A stretch of 46,131 bases of DNA from a virus. Taxonomy: Duplodnaviria; Caudoviricetes. Both the position numbers and the translations under genes were made by a program. Below are positions 45,397 through 46,131 of this stretch, piece by piece. Under the pieces are notes generated by a model. It saw only the letters and a program-made list of their open reading frames with translations, did not search any database and was not told the origin of the DNA. The stretch covers positions 1 to 46,131 of the IMG/VR virus record IMGVR_UViG_3300042807_000264. The stretch is one strand, 5' to 3'. The number at the start of each line of letters is the position of its first letter. Positions within the stretch are counted from its first letter, which is position 1.

Positions 45397-46131
45397 TTAA
45401 CTAATTACTTGTCTATCTTGAATTCTGCGCCAATCACTGCCGTCATAAAACGCCATTGTTGAGCCACCTGATTCGTTGCTAACAAAAATCATATCACCTG
45501 GATTAATATATGTAAGTGATTGTGCTTCTGCTACCGTATAACTATCATGTGATGTTGGTTTACGAGTTTCTATTTCGCTTACACCACCGTAATCAAAAGT
45601 AACATCAGCAAGTTCAGTAATAAAGCCATAATCTTCGACAGGGTCGCCTAATGCTGCAAAACTTAAATTGCCGCTACCATCTGTAACAATAGCATGGCCG
45701 GCGCCGCCGTCGCTAATTGGTAAGGTATAAGCATCGTTAATAGTAACGTTACTACCTTGTACTTTAAATACTTCGCTTTCGTTATTAGCGCCGTATACTT
45801 TAAAAATAGGTGCAGTGTTATTATTGTTATCTCTGACACGAATTACTGTGCCTGTGCCGTTTGAATGTTTAAAATCTAAATATGCACCGGAGTATTTAAT
45901 GGCTGGGTTTGTACCTAAACGTACACTACCGTTTACGAATAGTTTTTCGTTTGAACTGGTAGATCCAATACTAACAGTGTCGTTAGCATTATCAACAAAT
46001 AGTGTACCGTTATCAACGTTTAACTCAGTAAGAGTTGCGCCAACGCTTTGCCAAACATTGCCGTCGTAAAGATTAATCGTTGTGTTTGAAGAGTCTAACC
46101 AAACATCACCTGCGTCTGCGCTGGCAGGTAG
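45397..46131 (-). CDS. Partial virion fibre/baseplate-associated protein (5' end outside the window; not in the ORF track)
   Basis: Open frame: LPASADAGDVWLDSS...YTLPISDGGAGHAIVTDGSGNLSF...GDMIFVSNESGGSTMAFYDGSDWRRIQDRQVIS*. Confidence 0.75.
   Translation of the reverse strand, partial: LPASADAGDVWLDSSNTTINLYDGNVWQSVGATLTELNVDNGTLFVDNANDTVSIGSTSSNEKLFVNGSVRLGTNPAIKYSGAYLDFKHSNGTGTVIRVRDNNNNTAPIFKVYGANNESEVFKVQGSNVTINDAYTLPISDGGAGHAIVTDGSGNLSFAALGDPVEDYGFITELADVTFDYGGVSEIETRKPTSHDSYTVAEAQSLTYINPGDMIFVSNESGGSTMAFYDGSDWRRIQDRQVIS

Noticed and set aside
102-46069. Numerous antisense or alternate-frame ORFs (for example 102-488, 2617-3318, 37289-37690, 45815-46069)
   Set aside because: They are shadows of well-supported genes on the opposite strand or in another frame, with no motifs or start signals.
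1-46131. Stop-codon recoding, introns, inteins or tRNA genes
   Set aside because: Core genes (terminase, UvsX, UvsW, sheath) are full length and uninterrupted under code 11, and no cloverleaf was recognised in the short intergenic gaps by eye.

Overview
This window is a 46 kb segment of a large lytic myovirus genome with T4-like core genes, resembling jumbo/giant environmental myoviruses. It uses the standard genetic code and most genes lie on the minus strand. Core content: a recombination/replication block (UvsW, AAA ATPase, UvsY, UvsX, gp32 SSB), terminase large subunit, head, neck and tail genes (gp4, tube, a 934-aa sheath, gp13, gp14, gp15), dNMP kinase, two tandem peptidoglycan hydrolases, a Nudix hydrolase and tail-fibre genes. 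Two accessory operons stand out. (1) A tightly coupled curli-secretion plus trans-envelope signalling operon (33.4-41.1 kb): two paralogous membrane proteins, CsgF, CsgG, a curlin, a FecR-domain protein, a curlin fusion protein and a CHASE2 class III adenylate cyclase. (2) A natural-product-like biosynthetic operon (23.8-28.8 kb): PLP enzyme, amidinotransferase, two Fe-dioxygenase/cupin proteins, an NDP-sugar dehydratase/epimerase and a divergent radical SAM enzyme. Both sit behind a recurring T4-late-like promoter motif, (G/A)ATAA(A/G)TA. In seven genes that motif lies exactly 5 nt upstream of the ATG, implying leaderless mRNAs. A second promoter class, TTGAC-N16-(TGC)TATA, looks alphaproteobacterial. 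All functional calls come from reading motifs by eye; no database searches were run.
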